Shown: one piece after another, positions 9,983-21,241 of the stretch | Layout: each line of letters begins with the position of its first letter | How positions within the stretch are numbered: the first letter of the stretch is position 1 | Assembly (NCBI GenBank): GCA_944393685.1 | Contig: CALYAW010000003.1 | Span: 46,133 to 110,132 of the forward strand | DNA length: 64,000 nt | Direction of reading: 5' to 3' | Source: an uncultured Alphaproteobacteria bacterium | GTDB lineage: Bacteria; Pseudomonadota; Alphaproteobacteria; RF32; CAG-239 | Notes under the pieces: model-generated | What the model was told of the DNA's origin: nothing | What the model saw: the letters and a program-made list of their open reading frames with translations, nothing else | Databases searched by the model: none | Made by a program: the position numbers and the translations under genes

Positions 9983-10756
9983 TTATTCCTTGATAGTAAT
10001 TTTGGATGCGTAGGCTTCTAAGCGACCAAGTGGTGTGTCATTGATCCGGATGCGTGCAATGAATGGTTTTCCATCTTGTTCCATAAGCCAGAAATAAATA
10101 GGCCGTTCGGAACTTATTTGCATGAGCATGTCGTCATCGTCGTTTTTGAGTTTGTCTATATACATAGAACATTTGACGGCCAATCCCCAGTATGGAGAGC
10201 CTTCAAGCAAGGGGAGTTCTTCTTTGCCTTCGTCCTTAAAAATAACGTCAAAACGACGTTTCCCATCGAAAACCTCCATCTTTGAATCACAAAAACGAAC
10301 GTTGTTATATTGGCGGGCTAGTTCGGCAAAAACAGTTTGAAAATCTGTTGTGCCGGCATTTTCGTCATCAGCTGCTATTAAGACTTTTTTCTTACGGCCG
10401 TTTTTGCTGCTTAGGCGATATAGAAGTGTTCCTTTGTCATCATAGACAAGTTCTTTACTGCGTTTGTTAAAACGAGTTTGCGAATTATAGTGATAACTTC
10501 CGGTTTGAAGAGATTCTCCAAAAATTTTGCCGGATGTTTCATAAGCAGCTTTGAACGGATAAAGAGTATCAAAAAGACCGAAAGTTTTTACGGCGGAGTT
10601 TATTTGGAAATTTTTACTATCAAGTGTGTATGAAAAACGTGTCCTGCTGGCATCAAAAGGCCCAATCTCTACATTAAAATCATGGATAACGGAAAAAGCT
10701 TTTGCGGGAAGAGCAAAAAAGAAACTTATCAGTAAGAATAGTCCGAGTTTTTTCAT
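9983..10756 (-). CDS. Secreted hypothetical protein (signal peptide)
   Basis: An N-terminal signal peptide MKKLGLFLLISFFFALPAKA. It is possibly DUF3108-like. Confidence 0.45.
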   Translation of the reverse strand: MKKLGLFLLISFFFALPAKAFSVIHDFNVEIGPFDASRTRFSYTLDSKNFQINSAVKTFGLFDTLYPFKAAYETSGKIFGESLQTGSYHYNSQTRFNKRSKELVYDDKGTLLYRLSSKNGRKKKVLIAADDENAGTTDFQTVFAELARQYNNVRFCDSKMEVFDGKRRFDVIFKDEGKEELPLLEGSPYWGLAVKCSMYIDKLKNDDDDMLMQISSERPIYFWLMEQDGKPFIARIRINDTPLGRLEAYASKITIKE

Positions 10757-10847
10757 GGGTTTTTATTCTTTCTTTAAACTTTTGGCATATAGTGATAACA
10801 ATTTTGCATAACATAACATAAAAATTTATAATTTAAAGGGTTTAATC

Positions 10848-11768
10848 ATGTCTGAAAAAATTAAAAAAGTTTTGGTTCTGATTGGTGGTTTGTCCGCAGA
10901 AAGAGATGTTAGCCTGAGTTCTGGACAAGATATTGTCAGTGCCCTAAAATCAAAAGGTTATAAGGTCGTTGCTCATGATTTTACGGATGTGTGGAAATTA
11001 ATTGATACCATCAGAGAGGAAAAACCAGATGTTATTTTTAACGGTCTTTACGGCAATTGGGGAGAAGATGGCGAAATACAAGGAATGTTGGATTTAATGC
11101 AAATTCCTTATACACACTCAGGATTGAAAGCTTCTGCCATAGGTATGGATAAATACATTACCAAAATGGTTGCAAAAAGTTGTGGAATTCGTGTCGCTCC
11201 AAGTCAAAAGATGAAAGCTCGTGATTTTTTGGCGAATGGAACGGTGATTCCGATGCCTTATGTTGTTAAACCGGTTTGTGATGGTTCAAGTGTCGGGGTG
11301 TTTATTGTTAACACTCAGGAAGACTTACTAAAGGTTAAATATAAAAATTTGGATCGTGAAGTATTGATTGAAAAGTATATTCCAGGGCAAGAATTGACTG
11401 TTATGTGCTTGGAAGATAAAGCCTATGTTGTCACCGAGCTCAAAGCCGGAAATGAATTTTATGATTATCAAGCTAAATATACCAATGGTGTTACGCAACA
11501 TGTTCTTCCGGCTGAGGTTCCTTATGAAATTTCTGAAATTTGCAAAGCATATGCTGAAAAATTACATCAACGTCTCGGGTGCAATACTGTTTCAAGAGTT
11601 GATTTGCGCTATAATCCCGAAGACGGGGTTGTTTTACTCGAGATTAACACAAATCCCGGAATGACAGCGCTTTCTTTGGTGCCGGAACAAGCAAAATATG
11701 CAGGCATTTCTTATGAAGATTTGTGTGCTAAATTGGTTGAAAACGCTTCTTGCAGAAAAATCATCTAA
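10848..11768 (+). CDS. ddl: D-alanine--D-alanine ligase
   Basis: Characteristic LIGGLSAERDVSLSSG N-terminus, an ATP-grasp domain, and the C-terminal EINTNPGMT motif. Confidence 0.9.
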   Translation: MSEKIKKVLVLIGGLSAERDVSLSSGQDIVSALKSKGYKVVAHDFTDVWKLIDTIREEKPDVIFNGLYGNWGEDGEIQGMLDLMQIPYTHSGLKASAIGMDKYITKMVAKSCGIRVAPSQKMKARDFLANGTVIPMPYVVKPVCDGSSVGVFIVNTQEDLLKVKYKNLDREVLIEKYIPGQELTVMCLEDKAYVVTELKAGNEFYDYQAKYTNGVTQHVLPAEVPYEISEICKAYAEKLHQRLGCNTVSRVDLRYNPEDGVVLLEINTNPGMTALSLVPEQAKYAGISYEDLCAKLVENASCRKII

Positions 11769-12694
11769 ATAACTTAGTCAAGGTGACGATGATTAGCTTA
11801 CATGATATAAAAGAGAATTCTGTAATTGTGATTGCCGGCCCTACTGCTTCCGGAAAATCAGCATTGGCTCTTGAGATTGCAAAACAGTACGGTGGGGAAA
11901 TTGTTAATGCTGATTCAATGCAGGTTTATCAAGGAACGTCGATACTTTCTGCAGCCCCTGGCGTAGAAGACAAAAGTAAGGTTTTACATCATTTGTATGA
12001 AATATATCCTCCCTCAGTTAACGGAACGGTTGTTGATTGGTTAGATAGAGCCGTTGCTGTTATTCGGGATGTTTGGAAAAGAGGTAAACTACCTATTGTA
12101 GTGGGTGGTACGGGGATGTATATTGATAACTTGATTAACGGTACAACTCCAATTCCCGAACCTTTGCCGGAAATCAGGGAAAAGGTTTTGCAAATTTTAG
12201 CAAGCGGCGGGCAACAAAAGTTATATGAGTGTTTGAAAGTCAGCGATCCTGCAGGGGCAGAAATGCTTAACCCTAATGATACAACTCGGGTGCGTCGCGC
12301 TTTAGAGATTTTTTTGCAGACGGGAATATCTATTAAAGATTGGTATAAAAAACCTTTATTGAAAAAAATGCCGGAAGCTGTTTTTGAAGTTGTTAAAATT
12401 ATTCCTTCTGCGGAAGAGCTTGATGACAGATGCTATCGACGTTTTGATTTGATGATGCAAAAAGGCGCTCTTGAAGAAGTTCGTTATCTTCAGTCACTTA
12501 ATTTAGACAAAAACATGCCTGCCATGAAAATGCTCGGAGTGCCGGAATTGCTCTCTTATCTGCAGGGTGAGACGACTCTTCCCGAAGCCGTTGAAGCTGC
12601 TAAGTTGCATACTCGCCAATATGCTAAACGTCAACGTACATGGTTTCGCAATAAGCTGAGAGCGCGATATATATTTGATAAGTGTTTTATATAG
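11750..12694 (+). CDS. miaA: tRNA dimethylallyltransferase MiaA
   Basis: P-loop GPTASGKS and ADSMQVYQG. The true start is probably the ATG at 11789 (MISLHD...), which leaves only a small overlap with ddl. Confidence 0.9.
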   Translation: MQKNHLNNLVKVTMISLHDIKENSVIVIAGPTASGKSALALEIAKQYGGEIVNADSMQVYQGTSILSAAPGVEDKSKVLHHLYEIYPPSVNGTVVDWLDRAVAVIRDVWKRGKLPIVVGGTGMYIDNLINGTTPIPEPLPEIREKVLQILASGGQQKLYECLKVSDPAGAEMLNPNDTTRVRRALEIFLQTGISIKDWYKKPLLKKMPEAVFEVVKIIPSAEELDDRCYRRFDLMMQKGALEEVRYLQSLNLDKNMPAMKMLGVPELLSYLQGETTLPEAVEAAKLHTRQYAKRQRTWFRNKLRARYIFDKCFI

Positions 12695-12756
12695 CTTATT
12701 GACAAAAAATGTCAAAATAAGTATTATTTTCTTATCATATTTATGAGAGAGGAACT

Positions 12757-13605
12757 ATGGCAAATTGGAAAGAAAAAATGGACGCCCGCTATGGTAAGAA
12801 TACAGAGCAAGAGTTGCCATATTGGGATGGTACGATGCTTCCCGAGCGTAAAGAAGAATTGGCAGCAAGAGGGTATGAATTTATTGATCGTTCACTTGCA
12901 TTGCTTTGGGTAAAAGGGTATCGTGTCGTAAAAAGTAGTGCTTTTACACCAAAAGGAATTTATGATCGGGATCATGTAGAGCCTGTTGAGGGAAAGCCTG
13001 CTGCTGATAATCTTTTTTTTGAACAAAACTTTGATCCCGTAGAGTTTATGTCTATTTACAATAAGTATGGTCGTTATGAAAACAATTTTCCGGTTTATTT
13101 TGATGGAACGGCTGAATCTTATAGTGCTTATGCTCAAAAAAGTGATATTTTTGTATTGGAAGAAATTGCAACGAATAAGCCGGTTGGTTTTGCTTCTTTT
13201 CAATTGATAAATGCAGGTACTTCTGAGGCAAAAGAAATGGAAGCTGAGGGGATTTTTGTTAAAAATAAATTGGTTTATAATGATACAATAGCAATATCGT
13301 CCGCTTTGCAAGGTAAAGGATTGGGAAAAATATTCTCTGATGTTTTAGATGCTTATTACGTTCAGAATTTTGGTGTCGATGCTGATTATGCTCTTTGTAC
13401 CGGAGCTATTAATACTAATGATCATAATGATTTAGCTAAGGGGTTTCATGGTGATAAGCGTGGATACGGAAACTGGGTTGAAAATACGGGGTTGCTGAAA
13501 AAATGGATTGCTCGTTGGAAACAAGATAATATTGAAAAAAAAGGACCAAATATTAAACCTGCTTTTATGAAAAATTCTTATTTAAATCCTCCTCGTCGTG
13601 GATAA
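12757..13605 (+). CDS. Hypothetical protein with a C-terminal GNAT-like acetyltransferase motif
   Basis: LQGKGLGKIF resembles GNAT motif A (Q/R-x-x-G-x-G/A). The N-terminal roughly 150 aa are unassigned. Confidence 0.4.
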   Translation: MANWKEKMDARYGKNTEQELPYWDGTMLPERKEELAARGYEFIDRSLALLWVKGYRVVKSSAFTPKGIYDRDHVEPVEGKPAADNLFFEQNFDPVEFMSIYNKYGRYENNFPVYFDGTAESYSAYAQKSDIFVLEEIATNKPVGFASFQLINAGTSEAKEMEAEGIFVKNKLVYNDTIAISSALQGKGLGKIFSDVLDAYYVQNFGVDADYALCTGAINTNDHNDLAKGFHGDKRGYGNWVENTGLLKKWIARWKQDNIEKKGPNIKPAFMKNSYLNPPRRG

Positions 13606-13618
13606 TTTTAAGACATAA

Positions 13619-14782
<1,164 letters not shown>

Positions 14783-14919
14783 AGCCGTTCGCTTGCTCGC
14801 TGATAAATGATAATAAACGGCGGCATCCTTATTACATAATGTAAAATTGATGTCGTCGTTTTTTGTTTTTTTCGGGTTAACAGATGAAGCGGTCTTGAGT
14901 TTTTGAAGGTTTTTATTTT

Positions 14920-15798
14920 ATGAAGCGGCGCAGAAGTTTATTCTTACATTTAAGCCATATCAGATTACTAGCCAAAAAATTTGCGCTGGTATTTTTGTTT
15001 TTATTTGCTTTTGTGTTGATGCTGATTAATAAGACAGATACAATTTTAATAGAAAAAACCTCTAATGTGGCAACAGACGTAATTTCGCCGATAATCGAAG
15101 TCTTTGCTATTCCCGCAAAGCTGATTGCTAACGGGTATGATTATTTTAGAGATTTGAAGCAAATACATGCCGATAATATGCGCTTGAAAGAAGAAAACCG
15201 TAAGCTCAATCTGCTTTATGATAAATTTAAATCACTTGAAATTGAAAATCGTTTGTTAGCAGATTTGTTAAACTATGTAACTCCCCCAAAATCAGATTTT
15301 ATCACGGCGAGGGTTATTGCTGAGGAAGATGACGCTTTTTCTCATTCTATGATTGCTTATATCGGAGATAAAATCGTTAAAAAAGGGCAAATTGCCATGT
15401 CTGACAGAGGTGTGGTTGGTCGGGTTCATCGTGTCGGTCGTGCATATGCCAGAGTGTTGTTAATTACAGATATTAACTCGAAGATCCCAGTGATGATTGA
15501 GAGTTCCAGAATTCGAGGGATCTTGGCCGGAGATAATACTTCTTTGCCAAAGTTGGTGTTTACACCGCTTGATGCAGTTATTAATATCGGTGATAGAGTT
15601 GTTACTTCCGGTGTTGCAGGTGTGTTTCCTGCTGGATTGCCAATCGGAAGAGTGGTTAGTGTTAATAAAAATGAAATTATTGTTAAGCCTTTCGGAGCTT
15701 TGGAACAGCTTGAATATATCAGATTGGTTGATTATGGTTTGGAAGGCTTATTGCAAAATGAAAATAAAATGATGAATGATGAGGCCGCCAATGAGTGA
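14920..15798 (+). CDS. mreC: Rod shape-determining protein MreC
   Basis: Sits downstream of mreB. It has an N-terminal membrane anchor, a coiled coil, and beta-rich C-terminal domains with G-rich motifs. Confidence 0.8.
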   Translation: MKRRRSLFLHLSHIRLLAKKFALVFLFLFAFVLMLINKTDTILIEKTSNVATDVISPIIEVFAIPAKLIANGYDYFRDLKQIHADNMRLKEENRKLNLLYDKFKSLEIENRLLADLLNYVTPPKSDFITARVIAEEDDAFSHSMIAYIGDKIVKKGQIAMSDRGVVGRVHRVGRAYARVLLITDINSKIPVMIESSRIRGILAGDNTSLPKLVFTPLDAVINIGDRVVTSGVAGVFPAGLPIGRVVSVNKNEIIVKPFGALEQLEYIRLVDYGLEGLLQNENKMMNDEAANE

Positions 15799-16309
15799 AG
15801 ATATTGATGAAAATATCAATTCGTTGTTTCAGCGGATGCTTCCTTTGTTATCATCGTTTTTTTTGGTTTTGTTGTCTTATTTGCCTCTTAATTTTATGTT
15901 TTTGAATGTTATTCATCCGGCTATTACTCTAGTTTGTGCTTATTTTTGGTTGGTGCATCGTCCTGATTTGTTTAATTTGTGGTCTGTTTGCTTATTAGGT
16001 ATTTTTGATAATGTTATCAGTGCCGCTCCAATGGGGTCTAATATTTTTGCAATGTTGGTACTGTTTGTTTTGACCAATGCAGCTTCTAAGTTCTTAACTG
16101 CTAAGCCTTTTGTTGTTTTATGGTATGGGTTTATGGCTTTGTCTTTAGGAACCATTTTGTTGCGTTGGTTGATTGTGTCGGTTTACTATAGTCAGTTTTT
16201 GCCGTTGGATGGAATGTTTTTCAGTTACCTAATTACAGTATTTTGCTATCCATTTATTGCTTTATTTTTGGCTTTTGTGCAAAATAATTTGATTCAGGAT
16301 GATGAATAA
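15776..16309 (+). CDS. mreD: Rod shape-determining protein MreD
   Basis: A 177-aa polytopic membrane protein lying between mreC and mrdA. Confidence 0.7.
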   Translation: MMRPPMSEDIDENINSLFQRMLPLLSSFFLVLLSYLPLNFMFLNVIHPAITLVCAYFWLVHRPDLFNLWSVCLLGIFDNVISAAPMGSNIFAMLVLFVLTNAASKFLTAKPFVVLWYGFMALSLGTILLRWLIVSVYYSQFLPLDGMFFSYLITVFCYPFIALFLAFVQNNLIQDDE

Positions 16310-18132
16310 TGAATCGCGATAATGATAAAGGAAAAGTATTGATAGGGCGCTCGTTGATTTTGGCAGCGGGGCAGATATTTTTGCTCTTGATTATTATTGC
16401 TCGTTTGTACTATTTGCAGGTTTATCAGGCAGATAAATATAAGACCTTGTCTGATGAAAATAGAATTTCAACTCGCTTATTGGTGCCTCCTCGTGGCGTT
16501 ATTTATGACAGGCATGGTGAAATGTTGGCGACAAACAGACAAAATTTTCAGGCGATGATTGTGGCTGAGCAAACAACAAATGTCCAAGAAACATTGGATG
16601 CTTTTAAAAAAATTATGCCTTTGTCTGAAGCTGAGGAAGATAGAATTAAAAAAGATTTGAAAAAAAATCGTAGCTTTGTTCCTATTAAAATTAAAGATAA
16701 TCTTGATTGGGAAGAAGTTTCAAAAATTCAACTCAATGCTCCCGATCTTCCGGGCATTATTATTGATGAAGGATTGAGCCGTTATTATCCTTTGGGCGAG
16801 AAAACAGCTCATGTTATCGGCTATGTTTCTTCTGTTTCGGAGCAAGATATTAGAAAAGAAGATGATCCGTTGCTGGAGGTGCCAGGTTTTAAAATTGGTA
16901 AAGCCGGGATTGAAAAACTCCATGAAAAAAAATTAAGGGGTAAAGGCGGTAACCTAAAATTGGAAGTCAATGCCTATGGAAGGGTTATGAAGGAAATTGA
17001 ACGAATTGATGGCGTTCCGGGGAATAGGTTGGATTTAAGTATTGATGCCAGATTGCAAACCAAAGCTTATGATTTGTTTGGAGAAGAAGCGGGAGCGGCC
17101 GTTTTGATTGATGTTTACAGCGGTGAAATTTTGGCTTTTGTTTCAACGCCTGCTTATGATCCAAATTTGATAACACAAGGCGTAAGCGCCAAAGAGTGGG
17201 CTGAACTTAATCAAAATGAGTATAAGCCTTTGATGAATAAAGTGTTATCCGGACAATATTCTCCAGGATCAACTTTCAAAATGGTGGTTGCTTTGGCAGC
17301 TCTTGAAAGCGGTGCGATTACTCCGCAGACTCGTTCTTTTTGTGCGGGAAAAATGTTTTTAGGAAATCATGCTTTTCATTGTTGGAAAAAAGAGGGGCAT
17401 GGTTATCTTGATGTTGTACAGGCTTTACAACACTCTTGTGATATTTTCTTTTATGAGACAGCTCAAAAAGTAGGTATCAATAAAATTGCAGAGATGGCAA
17501 AGCGTTTTGGCTTAGGACAAAAAATAAATATCGGTTTGGAGAATGAAAAAGAAGGCTTAATCCCCGATACAGAATGGAAGCGTAAACGCTTTGGTGAGCC
17601 ATGGCAGCTTGGAGAGTCTTTGATTTCGGGTATTGGGCAAGGTTATATTTTAACCACACCAATACAGCTGGTTACTATGACTGCTAGAATTGCAAACGGT
17701 GGATATAATATTGTTCCTACTTTTGAAAAAAGAAGTGAGAAACCAAAACTTCAAAGAATGAATATCAGTGCCAATAACATTGCTCTGGTAAAGGAAGGAA
17801 TGTTTGATGTTGTAAATGTTCCGGGTGGTACAGCGTTAGGGGCAAGATTCGATTTTAATGGTCTGAAAATGGCCGGTAAAACAGGAACTACACAGGTGCG
17901 TCGAATTACTATGAAAGAGCGCCAAAGCGGAATTGTACGTCAAGAGGATTTGCCGTGGAAATATCGTAATCATGCTTTGTTTGTCGGGTATGCTCCTCAT
18001 GATAATCCTCGCTATGCCGTTGCTGTTTTGGTAGAACATGGGCGAAGCGGGTCTGCCGTAGCCGCACCAATCGGCGGAAAATTATTGTTGGAAGCCTTAA
18101 AACTTGATGCAAGTCCAAAACCGGTGGAGTAA
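16309..18132 (+). CDS. mrdA: Penicillin-binding protein 2 (peptidoglycan D,D-transpeptidase MrdA)
   Basis: A PBP dimerisation domain and a transpeptidase domain with STFK, SCD and KTGT motifs. Its position follows mreBCD. Confidence 0.9.
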   Translation: MNRDNDKGKVLIGRSLILAAGQIFLLLIIIARLYYLQVYQADKYKTLSDENRISTRLLVPPRGVIYDRHGEMLATNRQNFQAMIVAEQTTNVQETLDAFKKIMPLSEAEEDRIKKDLKKNRSFVPIKIKDNLDWEEVSKIQLNAPDLPGIIIDEGLSRYYPLGEKTAHVIGYVSSVSEQDIRKEDDPLLEVPGFKIGKAGIEKLHEKKLRGKGGNLKLEVNAYGRVMKEIERIDGVPGNRLDLSIDARLQTKAYDLFGEEAGAAVLIDVYSGEILAFVSTPAYDPNLITQGVSAKEWAELNQNEYKPLMNKVLSGQYSPGSTFKMVVALAALESGAITPQTRSFCAGKMFLGNHAFHCWKKEGHGYLDVVQALQHSCDIFFYETAQKVGINKIAEMAKRFGLGQKINIGLENEKEGLIPDTEWKRKRFGEPWQLGESLISGIGQGYILTTPIQLVTMTARIANGGYNIVPTFEKRSEKPKLQRMNISANNIALVKEGMFDVVNVPGGTALGARFDFNGLKMAGKTGTTQVRRITMKERQSGIVRQEDLPWKYRNHALFVGYAPHDNPRYAVAVLVEHGRSGSAVAAPIGGKLLLEALKLDASPKPVE

Positions 18133-18134
18133 AA

Positions 18135-19274
18135 ATGTATAAATTTTATGAGACAAGTTTTAAAAGTCAGTCTTTAACCTTGAAGGAAAAATTTCAAGGT
18201 TTGAGTTTTGCTTATTTGATGTTTATTTTTATTCTTGCTGCTATCGGTGTGACGATGCTGTATTCCGCCGCAAATGGTCACTGGCAGCCCTGGGCTTTGA
18301 ATCAGTTGCTTCGTTTTGGCATCGGGTTGGGAGTGATGCTGACTTTGGCTATGATAGATGTAAAATATTTTATGCGTTTTGCTTATGTTTTTTATTTTGC
18401 GGTTTTGATTCTTCTGGTTATTGTTGAAGTGAGCGGGCATGTCGGAATGGGTGCTCAGCGTTGGATTAATCTTGGATTTATGAAATTGCAGCCTTCCGAG
18501 CTGATGAAAATTGCTTTGGTTTTGGCCTTAGCTCGTTATTTTCATACGACACCATTGCAGAATATTGAAACAATGAGAGGTCTTGTTACTCCTTTGTTAA
18601 TGGTTTTAATTCCGGCAATGTTGGTGATGACGCAACCAGATCTTGGAACGGCATTGATGCTTTTATTTTCTGCAGGAGCAATGTTTTTTGCTGTTGGCGT
18701 TCAGCTATGGAAGTTTGGAATCGTCTTGTTGGGCGTGATAGTTTCTATGCCAATTGCTTGGAATCTTTTACATGATTATCAGCAGAATCGTGTGTTGACC
18801 TTTTTGGATCCGGAGCGAGATCCTCTTGGCGCCGGATATCATATCATTCAGTCAAAAATTGCTTTAGGTTCTGGCGGGGTGTTTGGTAAAGGTTTTTTGA
18901 AAGGAACGCAAAGCCATCTTAACTTTTTACCAGAGAAACATACTGATTTTATTTTTACGATGTTGTCAGAAGAATTTGGAATGATAGGCGCGATTTTTGT
19001 TGTTTTGATTAATATTTTAATTTTAGCCTATAGCTATGCTTTTGCTTTGCGTACAACAAGCTATTTCGGAAAACTGGCCGCCGTTGGTTTGTCTACAAAT
19101 TTCTTTTTGTATGTAATGATAAATATGGCTATGGTGTTAGGGCTTATTCCGGTCGTGGGGATTCCATTGCCTTTGATTTCTTATGGTGGAACTGTTATTA
19201 TCTCCGTTATGGCCGGTTTTGGTATTATCTTGTCGGTTAATATTAATCGTAATATTAATATCGGCAAAGATTAA
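18135..19274 (+). CDS. rodA: Peptidoglycan glycosyltransferase RodA (SEDS family)
   Basis: An FtsW/RodA/SpoVE polytopic protein with PLPLISYGG near the C-terminus. It lies immediately after mrdA. Confidence 0.9.
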   Translation: MYKFYETSFKSQSLTLKEKFQGLSFAYLMFIFILAAIGVTMLYSAANGHWQPWALNQLLRFGIGLGVMLTLAMIDVKYFMRFAYVFYFAVLILLVIVEVSGHVGMGAQRWINLGFMKLQPSELMKIALVLALARYFHTTPLQNIETMRGLVTPLLMVLIPAMLVMTQPDLGTALMLLFSAGAMFFAVGVQLWKFGIVLLGVIVSMPIAWNLLHDYQQNRVLTFLDPERDPLGAGYHIIQSKIALGSGGVFGKGFLKGTQSHLNFLPEKHTDFIFTMLSEEFGMIGAIFVVLINILILAYSYAFALRTTSYFGKLAAVGLSTNFFLYVMINMAMVLGLIPVVGIPLPLISYGGTVIISVMAGFGIILSVNINRNINIGKD

Positions 19275-19279
19275 GTCTT

Positions 19280-19672
19280 CTATGTATTTAAATGCCAAAT
19301 CTCAAAGTTTAAGTACCAGGCAAAAAGAATCCATAATAAATAAGGGGTGAGAAGTGCTGCTGCGATTTTTGAGGTCTTTTTGAAAATGATGATGGTATAA
19401 AAAACTGTAACAATCAAAAGACTTAAAATGATGAGTGCTCCGCCAATGGATGTCATTTTGAAAAATATTTGCGGCCACAAAAAATTAAGAAGAAGTTGGG
19501 TGCTAAAAAAAACAATACCTAGAGGGCGTTGGATTTTTGGTGTCTTTCTCAGATAAATAATTAGAGATATTGCTATCATTAGATAAAGCAAAGGCCAAAT
19601 AATTTGGAATACCATAGGCGGTGGAGTTAGTACCGGCTTGGTTAAATTATAATACCATTCTGGGTTTTGCAT
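19280..19672 (-). CDS. tspO: TspO/MBR family tryptophan-rich sensory protein (short, 130 aa)
   Basis: Contains WY..L.KP..TPP..VF..IWP.LY. Confidence 0.6.
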   Translation of the reverse strand: MQNPEWYYNLTKPVLTPPPMVFQIIWPLLYLMIAISLIIYLRKTPKIQRPLGIVFFSTQLLLNFLWPQIFFKMTSIGGALIILSLLIVTVFYTIIIFKKTSKIAAALLTPYLLWILFAWYLNFEIWHLNT

Positions 19673-19754
19673 GTTGTCTCCTTTTTTTGTGGTAATTTCC
19701 TAAAAAGGTGATTATAATATATCACATATATTACCTTTTTAAAGGAGAGTTATT

Positions 19755-19937
19755 ATGGAATATACGGAGATTGATGTTACGGTTGAAAGTCTCAAGGCTC
19801 AGCATGCGGAGCTTGATGCTGAAATCAGAGAGGAAGAAAGTCATATTTGGAAGAATATGATTAGGATTGAACAACTTAAGAAAGAAAAACTCCGCAAAAA
19901 AGATGAACTTCTCAGAAAACTCATACAGATTAATTAG
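19755..19937 (+). CDS. DUF465 (YdcH-like) family small protein
   Basis: A 60-aa coiled-coil protein with the pattern typical of the alphaproteobacterial DUF465 family. Confidence 0.5.
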   Translation: MEYTEIDVTVESLKAQHAELDAEIREEESHIWKNMIRIEQLKKEKLRKKDELLRKLIQIN

Positions 19938-19948
19938 ATGCTTATTCT

Positions 19949-19984
19949 AAACCCTCCGCCTGATTGACGGAGGGTTTTGTTTTA
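19949..19984. terminator. Bidirectional rho-independent terminator between convergent genes
   Basis: The hairpin aaaccctccg cctgattga cggagggttt is flanked by T tracts on both strands. Confidence 0.6.
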
Positions 19985-21241
19985 TTTGTGTGCAACAAAT
20001 GGAACTTTGGGGGAGGTGGCATTCAAAAGACGCTGCACATATCTTCCCTGATAGAGGTTTATTCCCAGAGCATTCCCAACCTCAATGGCCGATGGATCAT
20101 CAATACGGCATAGAATCATTTTAGCGCGCTCCGCTTTGTTAACATAATCCATAAAATGTTTATCTTCATTGATGACATCCATAAATGTCGGATGCCAGAT
20201 AATTTTCATGAGATCACAGTTGAGATTGGTTCTGTTAAGATATTTGAGCTTGTCAACAGAAATTCCGTCAATGCAGATTTTATAGCCTCGTGCTTGCGCA
20301 AAGGTTTTGGCCAAAACAAAAGATTTTATATCACTGAAAATATCAGCTAATTGCAATTCAAGAATGATGCTGGGACGCATTGAGGCGCTGATTCCTTCAT
20401 CGAAAGCTAAAAATTCATCGGATAAAATGGTTGATACATTAATATTGATGCTAAAATTGCCAATAAGAGAGCCGTCATCATGACGATTAATTGTTTCAAG
20501 AACCCTTTTATCCAGAGTCTCGCTTAAAGATAGGAAAAGCCACGGATTGGAAACCAAATCAACATCAGGTAAAAGCATTTCTCTTAAATCGGGAATTGAG
20601 ACATAAACTTCCTCAAAAACACGCAAAGGCGCAGATTTTCCTATAACTGCGCATATGGCTTGCCTGCGTATAAAGCTGGAAAAATCCGCTACTGAAAGAA
20701 TTTTTTGAACACGGGCTAAAATGTCTGGAGTAAATGGTTTTTTTTGTTTTCCTTGAGAAGATGAGCCTATTGTATTCATAACAAAAGGCGTGCTTTTTTT
20801 TACTTGCAGTTTAACCTGATTTTGTTGGTGACTTAATCTACTTACTAAATGATAAAACTCTTTCTTGTCTCCAACCATATTGTAAAATTTGATGAACCCA
20901 ATAGCTTCCAAATTGTCGGAGTTTTTTAATAGTATATCATCATGAAACATAAAACGAATTTTGACAAGACAAGATAAAATTTCATCCTTGATACGGCGAT
21001 TATATATGACGATTACATCTTCATTGGCAAACCAAAAATAACGAGCCATTGCTTTTGAAACAAATGCTGCAAATGTATCCGCCAACTCTTGGCGATGAGA
21101 ATCGCGGATATTTTTATTTTCGAGCTTGGATACACTGATGTAGATAGCATCATATTCATTAATGCTGTCGTCAAGTCGTCGTAAATATTCTGCTACGGCA
21201 ATGTCGGTTCGAAGAGAACGTGTTTCAGTTTTATTGTCCAT
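19982..21241 (-). CDS. Hypothetical protein, paralog A; C-terminal half resembles a degenerate EAL (c-di-GMP phosphodiesterase-like) domain
   Basis: The C-terminal segments KICIDGIS..LKYLNRTNLNCDLMKI and MILCRIDDPSAIEVGNALGINLYQG parallel the EAL motifs lalDDFGtG...dilKiD and vvAEGVEt..LGcd.aQG. No EAL catalytic motif is recognisable. It is homologous along its whole length to the adjacent gene. Confidence 0.55.
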   Translation of the reverse strand: MDNKTETRSLRTDIAVAEYLRRLDDSINEYDAIYISVSKLENKNIRDSHRQELADTFAAFVSKAMARYFWFANEDVIVIYNRRIKDEILSCLVKIRFMFHDDILLKNSDNLEAIGFIKFYNMVGDKKEFYHLVSRLSHQQNQVKLQVKKSTPFVMNTIGSSSQGKQKKPFTPDILARVQKILSVADFSSFIRRQAICAVIGKSAPLRVFEEVYVSIPDLREMLLPDVDLVSNPWLFLSLSETLDKRVLETINRHDDGSLIGNFSININVSTILSDEFLAFDEGISASMRPSIILELQLADIFSDIKSFVLAKTFAQARGYKICIDGISVDKLKYLNRTNLNCDLMKIIWHPTFMDVINEDKHFMDYVNKAERAKMILCRIDDPSAIEVGNALGINLYQGRYVQRLLNATSPKVPFVAHK

